Shown piece after piece: positions 8,461-16,500 of a stretch of DNA of 64,000 nt (position 1 is its first letter; each line of letters opens with the position of its first letter). Under the pieces are notes generated by a model. That model did not search any database and was not told the DNA's origin. It saw only the letters and a list, made by a program, of their open reading frames with translations. The translations under genes and the position numbers were made by a program. The stretch is from Candidatus Omnitrophota bacterium (GTDB taxonomy: Bacteria > Omnitrophota > Gorgyraeia > Zapsychrales > Fredricksoniimonadaceae), in NCBI GenBank assembly GCA_028865345.1, contig JAGWKL010000004.1:8457-72456 (forward strand), written 5' to 3'.

Positions 8461-9657
8461 TTATAACTGTATCCCGAAAGAAGGCAGCATGCTGATAATA
8501 CCGGTGGCGAAGATGAGGGCGATAAAAAACCAATAGATGAATTTATTGCCCCCCTGAAGGCTCAGCTCGCCCATCAGTTTCCTGTCCGAGGCAAGCATCC
8601 CTAATATAACGGCGGGGGCGATCAAGACCACGATCTGAAGGACCATCAAGTTAAGGGCGAGTTTGATGAGATTGAATGAAAAAAGCGGGATGATGACCGC
8701 GGGGATTGATTCAACCAGATACACCTTAAACCAGTGTTTCTTGCCCCACCCCACAGCCTCGGTCACGCCCCAGCAGCTGCCCAGGGAAATGACGATAAGC
8801 GCGATAAAAGACGCGGTGATAAGGCCCACCCCAAAAACATACGGGGCAAAATGCCCGGCCACCGAGGCAAGGCTTTGCGAAAGCACCTTGGGCGAGGCAA
8901 AATCCAGACCGTTGACGTCGATGCCGATGGCGGAGACGGCAATGGCCACCATGATCAACTCGGAAAAGATGGCGCCCACCAGGGTCTCAAACCTGACGGC
9001 CCAGATATTACTTTTGGCCGTGCCTTTTTCCGCAGTGGCGGAAACCTGATAGAACAACATAAAAGGCATGATGACCGCCCCGATGTTGGCGGCCAGCATG
9101 AAGATAAAGTCCGGTGATTTCGAGAAATAAAACGGCGTGACCTCGATGCCGTTGTGCGCCGTCATAACGGCGGCCACGATCCACACGACGGAGAAAATGA
9201 CGGAAATGATCAACAGCGGCTTTTCAGCCTCGGCATATTTTTTATTGTAGACCACCAGCAGATGGGCCAAAAACGCCAGCGGCACGGAAATCCACGCAGA
9301 AACCCCCATCATCTGGAAACCGACGGCGATGCCGGTATATTCCACAATATAGCTGATGACGTCCACCAGGGCCATGGGAATGGCGCAAAGCACGGCAATG
9401 CGCCTGCGGTAGTTTTCCCTGATCAATTCCCCCAGGCCTTTGCCGGTGGCAACACCCACGCGGCCCGCCACTTCCTGGACCACGTATAAAGGAATGACCA
9501 GGACCATGATGAACCAGACAAGTTTGGTGCCGTACCGCGCGCCGCTGTCCGCGGCCGTGATGGCGCTGGCCGCGTCAACGTCGGCGATCATGACGAGCCA
9601 GGCCGGCCCCCATGTCATGAAAATCTGCCCCATCCTGGCCTTTAATTCTTTCATCAT
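8461..9657 (-). CDS. NRAMP-family divalent-metal transporter homologue, atypical
   Basis: A roughly 11-TM protein with the same overall topology and block structure as MntH at 13658..15082. In TM1, ADVDA replaces the canonical MDPGN. In TM6 it has IMPF rather than MPH. Confidence 0.6.
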   Translation of the reverse strand: MMKELKARMGQIFMTWGPAWLVMIADVDAASAITAADSGARYGTKLVWFIMVLVIPLYVVQEVAGRVGVATGKGLGELIRENYRRRIAVLCAIPMALVDVISYIVEYTGIAVGFQMMGVSAWISVPLAFLAHLLVVYNKKYAEAEKPLLIISVIFSVVWIVAAVMTAHNGIEVTPFYFSKSPDFIFMLAANIGAVIMPFMLFYQVSATAEKGTAKSNIWAVRFETLVGAIFSELIMVAIAVSAIGIDVNGLDFASPKVLSQSLASVAGHFAPYVFGVGLITASFIALIVISLGSCWGVTEAVGWGKKHWFKVYLVESIPAVIIPLFSFNLIKLALNLMVLQIVVLIAPAVILGMLASDRKLMGELSLQGGNKFIYWFFIALIFATGIISMLPSFGIQL

Positions 9658-9658
9658 A

Positions 9659-10402
9659 TTAAAACTCGTATTCCATGATCCATTTCAACTCCCCGCGGGG
9701 AGCGGCATCGGAGATGCCAAATAAATAGCCGATATTATAATTGATATGTCTGAATATGTGGCCGTAAAAACACGGGCCGATCTGATGGCTTTGTTGATTA
9801 TAATCTATCTGATGGGAGATGGCACTAAAATCGTTCCAATATTCAAAACCCGGCTCGAAATATCTAGACAGGCGATACCTTGTACTCCATGATATCCCGC
9901 CGTCGATATGGGAGTCTGCCCCGCCGCCGGCTTCCTTATTAATGCTGATGTTCAGGACATCGGAAACTTTTTGAAAATCCTTCTCCAGCAAAATCTTTGC
10001 TTCAAACTGCCCTGTCTGTTTATGGGTCACAGGCGCCTCATAAGCAAGATAAATACCGGGGTCAAGCCAATATTTTCCCCGGGGCGCCAGTTGAAAAATA
10101 TTTTCCCATTCCAAATGGGTGGTCTGGACCGATGAGATGGCCTCATCCGTCGGCACGGCTTCGGTCTCAAGCTCCAATTCCGTGTGCCAAAAACTATTGA
10201 CCCCGTAACCGATGGTATTCTTATATTCCTGCACCGCATTCTTGTTTTTGGCGTGGTCAAAATCGTACTGCCCGGTCGTTTCATATTCCCATTCCCCTGT
10301 TTCCGCGTAAGGCTGATAAACCAGCCTCTCGGCAAAAGCGGGACGGGCCCAAACAAAGATGCCGATAAAAGCAATGATGATCGGAATATATTTATTGAGC
10401 AT
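9659..10402 (-). CDS. Outer-membrane beta-barrel (porin-like) protein
   Basis: Signal peptide MLNKYIPIIIAFIGIFVWARPAFA|E. The sequence has alternating hydrophobic beta-strand patterning and aromatic girdles, and ends in a terminal Phe (..MEYEF). Confidence 0.55.
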   Translation of the reverse strand: MLNKYIPIIIAFIGIFVWARPAFAERLVYQPYAETGEWEYETTGQYDFDHAKNKNAVQEYKNTIGYGVNSFWHTELELETEAVPTDEAISSVQTTHLEWENIFQLAPRGKYWLDPGIYLAYEAPVTHKQTGQFEAKILLEKDFQKVSDVLNISINKEAGGGADSHIDGGISWSTRYRLSRYFEPGFEYWNDFSAISHQIDYNQQSHQIGPCFYGHIFRHINYNIGYLFGISDAAPRGELKWIMEYEF

Positions 10403-10727
10403 TGATGACCCCCCTGGAATCTTGATGATAATCCGCCCAGTAACCATATTTACCGGGCTTCAGCGGCCCGATATAAACCATGATCTTTTGACGGCCTTTG
10501 ACGACCTGCTCGCGGTCCAGGTCGAAACTTTCAAACTCTTCGGGAGTTGGGTCTTGATTATCGACCGTTATTTGCAGCTTCTTGGCGGCAGGGACGTTCA
10601 GCACCGGAGGGATAAATTGATGGTTTTTAATGACAATCGTGTCCGGCCGATCGGCGCCGGAGGATTGGGCCAGGCACAGGGTCGGACAACACACACAGAG
10701 ACCGAGAATTAATACGCTAGCTTTCAC
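10392..10727 (-). CDS. Periplasmic cupredoxin-like domain protein (EfeO N-terminal / FtrB-like)
   Basis: Probable GTG start at 10725-10727, giving the signal peptide VKASVLILGLCVCCPTLCLAQS. The mature region TIVIKNHQFIPPVLNVPAAKKLQITVDNQDPTPEEFESFDLDREQVVKGRQKIMVYIGPLKPGKYGYW matches the cupredoxin-like fold pattern. It has no Cys ligand for a type-1 copper site. Confidence 0.4.
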   Translation of the reverse strand: MKASVLILGLCVCCPTLCLAQSSGADRPDTIVIKNHQFIPPVLNVPAAKKLQITVDNQDPTPEEFESFDLDREQVVKGRQKIMVYIGPLKPGKYGYWADYHQDSRGVINAQ

Positions 10728-10728
10728 C

Positions 10729-10950
10729 TTATTTGATTCCTTTCTCTTGGACAGGCCATTTCTTCCAATCTTCGCCCCAGCAACGGGAACAGTCTGAAAG
10801 CATCTCTTCAAAAGTCACCAGGCATATTTGCTTGCTGCGGGGGCATTTGAGTTCATAACCCTTGCCGGTCTTGATATAGAGAAGCTTACCAGCGTCGGAC
10901 CTTACTTCCGTGACCTTTTCTCCATTGCGGATGATGCATCTTTCTTTCAT
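10729..10950 (-). CDS. Small cysteine-rich protein (73 aa; CX6C...CX2C), possible metal-binding protein
   Basis: MKERCIIRNGEKVTEVRSDAGKLLYIKTGKGYELKCPRSKQICLVTFEEMLSDCSRCWGEDWKKWP has five Cys. It is the first gene of the NRAMP-like operon. No family was recognised. Confidence 0.35.
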   Translation of the reverse strand: MKERCIIRNGEKVTEVRSDAGKLLYIKTGKGYELKCPRSKQICLVTFEEMLSDCSRCWGEDWKKWPVQEKGIK

Positions 10951-10960
10951 GTCTCTTCGG

Positions 10961-11000
10961 AAGAAATAAAAAGCCCTTCTTCTTGATTAGAAAAGGGCTC
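10961..11000 (-). terminator. Rho-independent terminator-like hairpin
   Basis: Minus strand: AGCCCTT, a 14-nt loop, AAGGGCT, then TTTTTATTTCTT. It lies downstream of the 11106..11486 gene. Confidence 0.45.
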
Positions 11001-11105
11001 AGGATGCCTGGATCGCGCGCCTCTGTTGAATGTGCATAATTAAGTCAACTAATGACTTAGTTTAGCGTGAAACTTTATTTTGTCAAGAAAAAAACAACAG
11101 GGGGT

Positions 11106-11486
11106 TTACAAGCGGGCGAGCCACAATAAAATAATAGGGATGGCTGTTCCTAAAACCAAACAAACCCAGACGACCCAGGGCTTGGTGTACTTAAAAGCCA
11201 TCATGATGCCAAGCACAGTGGTCGTCAATAATCCTACAACCATCAAAAGGACCAAGTACCGGAAAGGGACTGAAGATTTCGGAACCTTTCGGCTGTCAAC
11301 CCACCGCTGATTCTTGTGGACCTGCGAAAGGGATTTAATGATCGCCGGCGGCTTATAGGTACCGTCGCGGCTTGGCACATGCAAACCGAAGGTCTGCCAG
11401 GCCCCGCTGATAAGGTAAAAGACGAGCAAGGGGGCAAAAAAAACACCAAGGTACAAATGGATATTGCGCATTTGCTTGATGTTCAT
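11106..11486 (-). CDS. Small membrane protein (PepSY-associated-TM-like, 3 TM helices)
   Basis: MRNIHLYLGVFFAPLLVFYLISGAW followed by two further hydrophobic helices. Its start overlaps the stop of the upstream dehydrogenase by 4 nt. Confidence 0.4.
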   Translation of the reverse strand: MNIKQMRNIHLYLGVFFAPLLVFYLISGAWQTFGLHVPSRDGTYKPPAIIKSLSQVHKNQRWVDSRKVPKSSVPFRYLVLLMVVGLLTTTVLGIMMAFKYTKPWVVWVCLVLGTAIPIILLWLARL

Positions 11487-12772
11487 AACCTGACCACCTT
11501 TTTATCTTTCTTGCCCTTATAGATATTGCGCGTGTCAAAAATCAACCGCGCATTTTTGTAAATGAAGGCATAGTCCAACGCAGAATGGTCCACGGCCACC
11601 ACAACCACGTCATAACTTTTCAATTTCGCCGCCGTCAGGTCAATGGCTTTAAGGTCCAGCCCGTCCAGCTTCAAGAACGGGATCAGCGGATCGTAATAAT
11701 CCACCCTGGTTTGCTTTCTTAACAACTCAATGAGGCTTATGGCCGGCGATTTTCTTAAGTCTTTGACATCTTTCTTATACGTCACCCCCAAAACCAGGAC
11801 CCTGGCGGTTTTAAAGGGCTTATGCAGCAGTTTCTTCAACCGGTTGACGGCGAAAGCCGGCATGTCATGGTTGGTGTCCGCGGCGAGCTTGATGAATTTG
11901 CAACTGAAATTATAATGCTTGGCTTTCCAATATAAATACAGCGGGTCCTCGGGAATGCAGTGCCCCCCCACGCCCAAACCCGGATAAAACGGCATAAAGC
12001 CGAAGGGCTTGGTCTTGGCGGCATCGATGACCTCCCAAACATCAATGCCCGAGGCATGGCACATCTGAGCTATTTCATTGATCCACCCGATATTGACAAT
12101 ACGGAAAGAGTTTTCCAGCAATTTGGTCATTTCCGCGGCCTTGGGGCTTGACACCTGGTGCACATTCTTGATGATCTGCCGATAAAGCAGCCCGGAGAGT
12201 TCCGTGCAGGTTTCGGTCAAGCCCCCCACAACCTTGGGGATCCGCGTGACATCGAAACTCCTGTTGCCGGGGTCGATGCGTTCGGGGGAAAAAGCGACAT
12301 AAAAATCCCTGCCCGCCCTCAAACCGCTGTTTTCCAGCTGAGGCTTGATAAGCTCCTCCGTCGTCCCCGGATAGGTGGTGCTTTCCAGAACAATAAGCAT
12401 GTCCTTATGCAAATGCCGGGCTACGCTCTTGACCGCGCTGACTATATAGGAAATGTCCGGCGTGTATTTGCGTTTAAGGGGCGTGGGCACACAAATGATG
12501 ACGACATCGGCCTGGGACAACAAATCAAAATCCGTGGACACATCAAAAACTTTCTTGGCCGACATACGGGCGATCAACCGGCTTGGCACGTCGGTAATAT
12601 AGCTTTCCCCTCTTTTGATACGTTCCACCCTCTGTTTGTCCGTATCGATGCCGGAGGTTTTATAACCTTTTTGCGCAAAAGCCAGCGCCAGCGGCAGGCC
12701 GACATACCCCATACCAATGACCGCCACGTGGGCCTTTTTAGCGACGATCTTATTTTTGAGCTTTTTCGACAT
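11483..12772 (-). CDS. Nucleotide-sugar dehydrogenase (UDP-N-acetyl-D-glucosamine / mannosamine 6-dehydrogenase, WbpA/WecC-like)
   Basis: N-terminal Rossmann motif VAVIGMGYVGLPLA. Catalytic region GFMPFYPGLGVGGHCIPEDP. About 429 aa, the typical UDP-glucose / ManNAc dehydrogenase family size. Confidence 0.85.
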   Translation of the reverse strand: MSKKLKNKIVAKKAHVAVIGMGYVGLPLALAFAQKGYKTSGIDTDKQRVERIKRGESYITDVPSRLIARMSAKKVFDVSTDFDLLSQADVVIICVPTPLKRKYTPDISYIVSAVKSVARHLHKDMLIVLESTTYPGTTEELIKPQLENSGLRAGRDFYVAFSPERIDPGNRSFDVTRIPKVVGGLTETCTELSGLLYRQIIKNVHQVSSPKAAEMTKLLENSFRIVNIGWINEIAQMCHASGIDVWEVIDAAKTKPFGFMPFYPGLGVGGHCIPEDPLYLYWKAKHYNFSCKFIKLAADTNHDMPAFAVNRLKKLLHKPFKTARVLVLGVTYKKDVKDLRKSPAISLIELLRKQTRVDYYDPLIPFLKLDGLDLKAIDLTAAKLKSYDVVVVAVDHSALDYAFIYKNARLIFDTRNIYKGKKDKKVVRL

Positions 12773-13103
12773 ATCCCAGGTTCTGTCCCTTCTTCTTGTA
12801 TTCCAAAACCGTCATTTTCTTGATCCACTCGACTTGACTGCTTTGGGGATAGTAGTAAGCGCGGATGTAATCTCCCTGGTGAAACCCTTCACCCTGTGAA
12901 AAATCAACGAGCCTGACCCGCCTGTTTCGATATTGATCATAGACCGTGGTGGTATTGCGCCCCACGGCCTGGACGGTGCCGGTGACCACGGCAAGGCCGT
13001 TGAGATAATAACCGTAATGACGGCCCGCAAAAACGCTCGCCTGCGCCTGTCCCATATAAATAAGAAAACCCAGGACCGTCAGCAAACCTATTTTCTTTCT
13101 CAT
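12750..13103 (-). CDS. Small secreted protein of unknown function
   Basis: Signal peptide MRKKIGLLTVLGFLIYMGQAQA. Tyr-rich, 117 aa. Its end overlaps the dehydrogenase start. Confidence 0.4.
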   Translation of the reverse strand: MRKKIGLLTVLGFLIYMGQAQASVFAGRHYGYYLNGLAVVTGTVQAVGRNTTTVYDQYRNRRVRLVDFSQGEGFHQGDYIRAYYYPQSSQVEWIKKMTVLEYKKKGQNLGYVEKAQK

Positions 13104-13213
13104 CTTCTATCTCTTGAAGAGATAAAATACCGCGAATTAAGGGCCTTGTCAACGTAAATGCCCAAGACATTTGTACGTCGTGTCGTTTGTTTTAGTAACG
13201 ATCATTTAATCTT

Positions 13214-13636
13214 TCATTGATGAGCGGCCCGAATCATCAAGATGGGGATATTGGTACGATGTCTTAATTCATCGGCAACACTGCCCAAGATCCAATCTTT
13301 CAGGGGGCCATGCCCGTGAGTGCTCATCGCCACCAGGTCACAGCCTTTCTCTTTGATCCACTTCATGATTTCATTCGACGGTTCGCCATAAGCCAGCTGG
13401 GCCTCGGCCGGGATTCCGGCGGACTGAAACTCCAACCGGACCCGGTTCAAATACGCGGTATCTTCGGTTATTTCGGGACCGACGGCATCCCGGCCAAAAG
13501 TCCGCGCGGCCCAACCATCGGCCACGTGCAGCAATATCACTTTGGATTGCATAAGCTTGGCAAGCTGTTTGATGTGTTCGATAATGGCGCGGTCACACGG
13601 CGTGCTATCCAACGTCACGAGAATGGTCTTATACAT
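13214..13636 (-). CDS. Universal stress protein (UspA family)
   Basis: Has the UspA fold motifs ILLHVAD...AMSTHGHGPLKDWILGSVADELRHRTNIPILMI (ATP-binding G-x2-G-x9-G-S/T). Confidence 0.8.
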   Translation of the reverse strand: MYKTILVTLDSTPCDRAIIEHIKQLAKLMQSKVILLHVADGWAARTFGRDAVGPEITEDTAYLNRVRLEFQSAGIPAEAQLAYGEPSNEIMKWIKEKGCDLVAMSTHGHGPLKDWILGSVADELRHRTNIPILMIRAAHQ

Positions 13637-13657
13637 GTGTCATCTTTCCTTTCCGGT

Positions 13658-15082
13658 TTATCCGCCGGTGATGACTTGCCAGGCCTGTTTTAACGCATCA
13701 GGCAAGCCGTAGAAGTCAAAGGCCGTTATAAGCAGCGCCGAAGCCCACCCGGCGATGAGCAAAAACCAACCGGGCCGCCATTGCCCCATCCGCTTGCGGG
13801 AACCGGCAAGGTGCAGCAGAGGAAACATGGCAAACGGAAGCTGCAGGGCCAGCACCACCTGGCTTAAGACTATAAGGTCGTTGACGTTATTAGCCCCACG
13901 CACACCAACAAAGATAGCCGTAGGGATAATGGCCAGGGAACGGGTGATGAGCCGCCGCAGCCATGGGGCAATCTTCCAGCGCATGAAGCCCTCCATCACC
14001 ACCTGTCCTGCCATTGTACCAACAATGGTAGCACTTTGTCCGCTGGCCAGCAATGCAATGGCAAAAAACATGCTTGCAGCAGCGGTTCCCATCAGCGGCG
14101 CCAACGTCAGGTTGGCCGCCTGTATCCAATCTGTCGAATCATTAAACGCCACCACCCCTCCGCCCGGAACCGTGACACTGGTCTTACCGTAAAAAACAAT
14201 CGCGGCCAGCACCAAAATGGCGGCGTTGATCAGGAAGGCAACCGACAAATTGACACCGGTATCGATGGTGTTAAACCGGATTGCTCTTTTGATGGATTCA
14301 TCGTCTCTCTGGAATTTGCGGCTCTGGACCAAGGCAGGATGCAGATACAGCACATGCGGCATGACCGTTGCTCCGATGATGCCGATGGCCACATAAACCA
14401 TGCCGGGGGAACTCAACTTAAGACTGATCATGCCCCGGCCCATTTCCAGGAAGCTCGGCTGTGTCTGCGGCAGGACGAAAATCTCAATGAAGTAACAAAC
14501 GCCGATAGTTGCGACCAGCAACAGGACGATGGCTTCAATGGCCCGCATCCCAAACCGTTGCAATGCCAATAAAAGCAGGACGTCAGCGCCGGTGATGATG
14601 ACCCCCCAGAAAATGGGAATGTGGAACAACATGTTCAGCGCCACCGCACCACCCAGCACTTCAGCCAAATCGCAAGCTATAATGGCAATTTCCGCCATGA
14701 GCCAGTTTGGCACCCGTGTCCACTTGGGGTACCATTCATATAAGCATTGGGCCAAGTCGCGCCCGGTCGCGATCCCGAGCCGTGTGGCAATGACTTGGAG
14801 GAAAATGGCCATGATACTGGCCAAGGCCACCACCCACAAGAGCCCATATTTGAATTGTGCCCCGCCCTGCAGATCGGTGCCCCAATTGCCAGGGTCCATG
14901 TAGGCCACACTGACCAAAACTCCAGGGCCGAAATAGGCGAGCATTTGCTTCCAAAAACCGACATGCGACAATGGCACATTCACGCTACTGTGCATTCCTT
15001 CCAGAGACACGGCGCCAGGAGGCGGATTCGAAACGGAAGCTCCAAGAGGGTTCTTTGTTGATTGAGGATTTCCCATTGCCAC
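13658..15082 (-). CDS. mntH: NRAMP-family Mn2+/Fe2+ transporter
   Basis: Canonical motifs AYMDPGNWGTDLQGGAQFKYGLLW (TM1) and GATVMPHVLYLH (TM6). The ORF-track start is GTG. The first ATG is at 15074-15076. Confidence 0.9.
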   Translation of the reverse strand: MAMGNPQSTKNPLGASVSNPPPGAVSLEGMHSSVNVPLSHVGFWKQMLAYFGPGVLVSVAYMDPGNWGTDLQGGAQFKYGLLWVVALASIMAIFLQVIATRLGIATGRDLAQCLYEWYPKWTRVPNWLMAEIAIIACDLAEVLGGAVALNMLFHIPIFWGVIITGADVLLLLALQRFGMRAIEAIVLLLVATIGVCYFIEIFVLPQTQPSFLEMGRGMISLKLSSPGMVYVAIGIIGATVMPHVLYLHPALVQSRKFQRDDESIKRAIRFNTIDTGVNLSVAFLINAAILVLAAIVFYGKTSVTVPGGGVVAFNDSTDWIQAANLTLAPLMGTAAASMFFAIALLASGQSATIVGTMAGQVVMEGFMRWKIAPWLRRLITRSLAIIPTAIFVGVRGANNVNDLIVLSQVVLALQLPFAMFPLLHLAGSRKRMGQWRPGWFLLIAGWASALLITAFDFYGLPDALKQAWQVITGG

Positions 15083-15112
15083 AGCCCTTCTGTTTCTATG
15101 TTTAAGTAAGAT

Positions 15113-15127
15113 TGATATACTGTCTCA
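15113..15127. promoter_or_regulatory. Fur/Mur-box-like operator upstream of mntH
   Basis: TGATATACTGTCTCA, 30-45 nt upstream of the mntH start. It is nearly identical to the box upstream of fur (TGATATAGTGTATCA). Confidence 0.4.
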
Positions 15128-15145
15128 CTAATACTCTAAAAAAAT

Positions 15146-15607
15146 TTATTTCTGGCTTGACTGACAGTCTTTACATATGCCATAAAAATGCATTTCATGG
15201 CCCAAGATCTTGAATCCCTGCCTCTCTAAATAAGGGTGGTAAACATCTTCCTCTTCCTTGTCTGGGAATTCGATGAACCGATGGCAGCGCACGCATTGGG
15301 CATGGTGGTGCGGTTTTTCATCATAGACATGTTCAAAATGCCGGTGCTTATCCCCAAAGGCGGTTTCACGGATGATGCCGGCTTCCAATAGATCATGCAG
15401 CACACGGAAAACGGTCGGCCGGGAGACTTTCAACCTTTTGTGCAGGCACTCCTTCGCCAGTTCTTCAGCCGTAAAATGGCCGTGGGAGCGCATGACCTCG
15501 TTAAAAATGATTTCCCGGCCCTGACTGGTCCTGCGCCCCGACTTGGACAAATGGCGCAGGAATTTCAGGCGCTCATCCGTGACCGTTTTGGAGTCAGCCT
15601 TGCTCAT
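15146..15607 (-). CDS. fur: Fur-family metalloregulator (Fur/Mur)
   Basis: DNA-binding helix SRPTVFRVLHDLLEAGII. Metal-site motifs HFEHVYDEKPHHHAQCVRCHRFIEF...CKDC. Confidence 0.8.
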   Translation of the reverse strand: MSKADSKTVTDERLKFLRHLSKSGRRTSQGREIIFNEVMRSHGHFTAEELAKECLHKRLKVSRPTVFRVLHDLLEAGIIRETAFGDKHRHFEHVYDEKPHHHAQCVRCHRFIEFPDKEEEDVYHPYLERQGFKILGHEMHFYGICKDCQSSQK

Positions 15608-15608
15608 A

Positions 15609-15623
15609 TGATATAGTGTATCA
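15609..15623. promoter_or_regulatory. Fur-box-like inverted repeat (7-1-7) abutting the fur start codon
   Basis: TGATATA-G-TGTATCA. The arms are TGATATA and TGATACA, matching 6 of 7 as reverse complements, in the same layout as the TGATAAT-N-ATTATCA Fur box. It lies immediately 5' of the fur ATG (15605-15607). Confidence 0.45.
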
Positions 15624-15671
15624 TTTAATGGCGGGAAGTCAAACTTTTGTAACTCTTTGTCACAAAAGGCC

Positions 15672-16448
15672 CTATTGCTTCGACTTCGTAAGGATTGTTA
15701 AGGATTTTTGTTTATAAAATTTTGTCACATCAAAAGCGGATACGTATTTAATGTGCGGCGCCCAGCGCATGGGAAACGCCAGATGGGTTTTCTTGAAACT
15801 GGCGGCATAAATGGGGTGTTGGGCATCCGTTTGGGACGCTTTGACGGTAAACCAAGCGTGGTCCAGCGATGTGGACTCGTCGGCGCCTACGTAACGCCAG
15901 CGACCATCCCAGATTTCCACCCACGTATGGTTACCGCTGCCATCCGGCCACATGGCAATCCCCGCGATCCTTGCGGGTATGCCTACGGAACGTAAAGCAT
16001 CGACCAGCAATATCGAAAGCCCCGTACATGAGGCCCAATGAGCCCGGATGGATTCATAGGGACTTTGATCGGGCTTGGGGCGTTTGGTGGCGCTATAGGC
16101 CACATGCAGGCTTTTAAAAACATATTTATTCAAGGCTAAGACCGCCCGGTCGATGGTCCTGCTCTTGACGGCTATTTTGATAAAACGCCGGTGAAAATCC
16201 CCCCGCCAGTCGTCCCGGCGTTCATTGAGGGAAGCATAAGGAAGGACGTCGTTGAGAAAAACAGCCCACGGGACTTCCCTGCCCCACGGAACTTCCTTCA
16301 TCGTTTGCAATGCCAGGCGGGTATTCTCGGCGAGAAAACTATTCTTTAAGGATTTTGAATCCTTAGGCGGCATGTTGGCCTTCAAGAACGCTACGGCCCG
16401 GCGCTCTTGGGAGCTCGTTTTTTCAGCCCATGCCCCGCAAACCAACAT
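15672..16448 (-). CDS. Transglutaminase-like cysteine peptidase superfamily protein
   Basis: A Cys-His-Asp triad context is present: WASCTGLSILLVDALRSVGIPARI ... GNHTWVEIWDGRWRYVGADE. The start is uncertain because the ORF-track start is TTG. Confidence 0.65.
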   Translation of the reverse strand: MLVCGAWAEKTSSQERRAVAFLKANMPPKDSKSLKNSFLAENTRLALQTMKEVPWGREVPWAVFLNDVLPYASLNERRDDWRGDFHRRFIKIAVKSRTIDRAVLALNKYVFKSLHVAYSATKRPKPDQSPYESIRAHWASCTGLSILLVDALRSVGIPARIAGIAMWPDGSGNHTWVEIWDGRWRYVGADESTSLDHAWFTVKASQTDAQHPIYAASFKKTHLAFPMRWAPHIKYVSAFDVTKFYKQKSLTILTKSKQ

Positions 16449-16500
16449 GGAACAAACGGTCAAGAGTATAAAGGACTGTAAAAGAAGTCTTTGAATGCTC

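Noticed and set aside
12158-12823. 221-aa plus-strand ORF opposite the UDP-sugar dehydrogenase. Similar antisense ORFs occur at 29187..29933, 14036..14572, 20795..21253 and 36123..36645.
   Set aside because: All lie opposite strongly supported minus-strand genes and have Arg/Gly/His/Pro-rich, repeat-like composition. None has a plausible ribosome-binding site.
13109-13123. 7-1-7 palindrome ATCTCTT-G-AAGAGAT immediately upstream of the 117-aa gene start, as an operator.
   Set aside because: It overlaps the Shine-Dalgarno/start region. No second copy was found in the window. It is likely coincidental or RBS-related.
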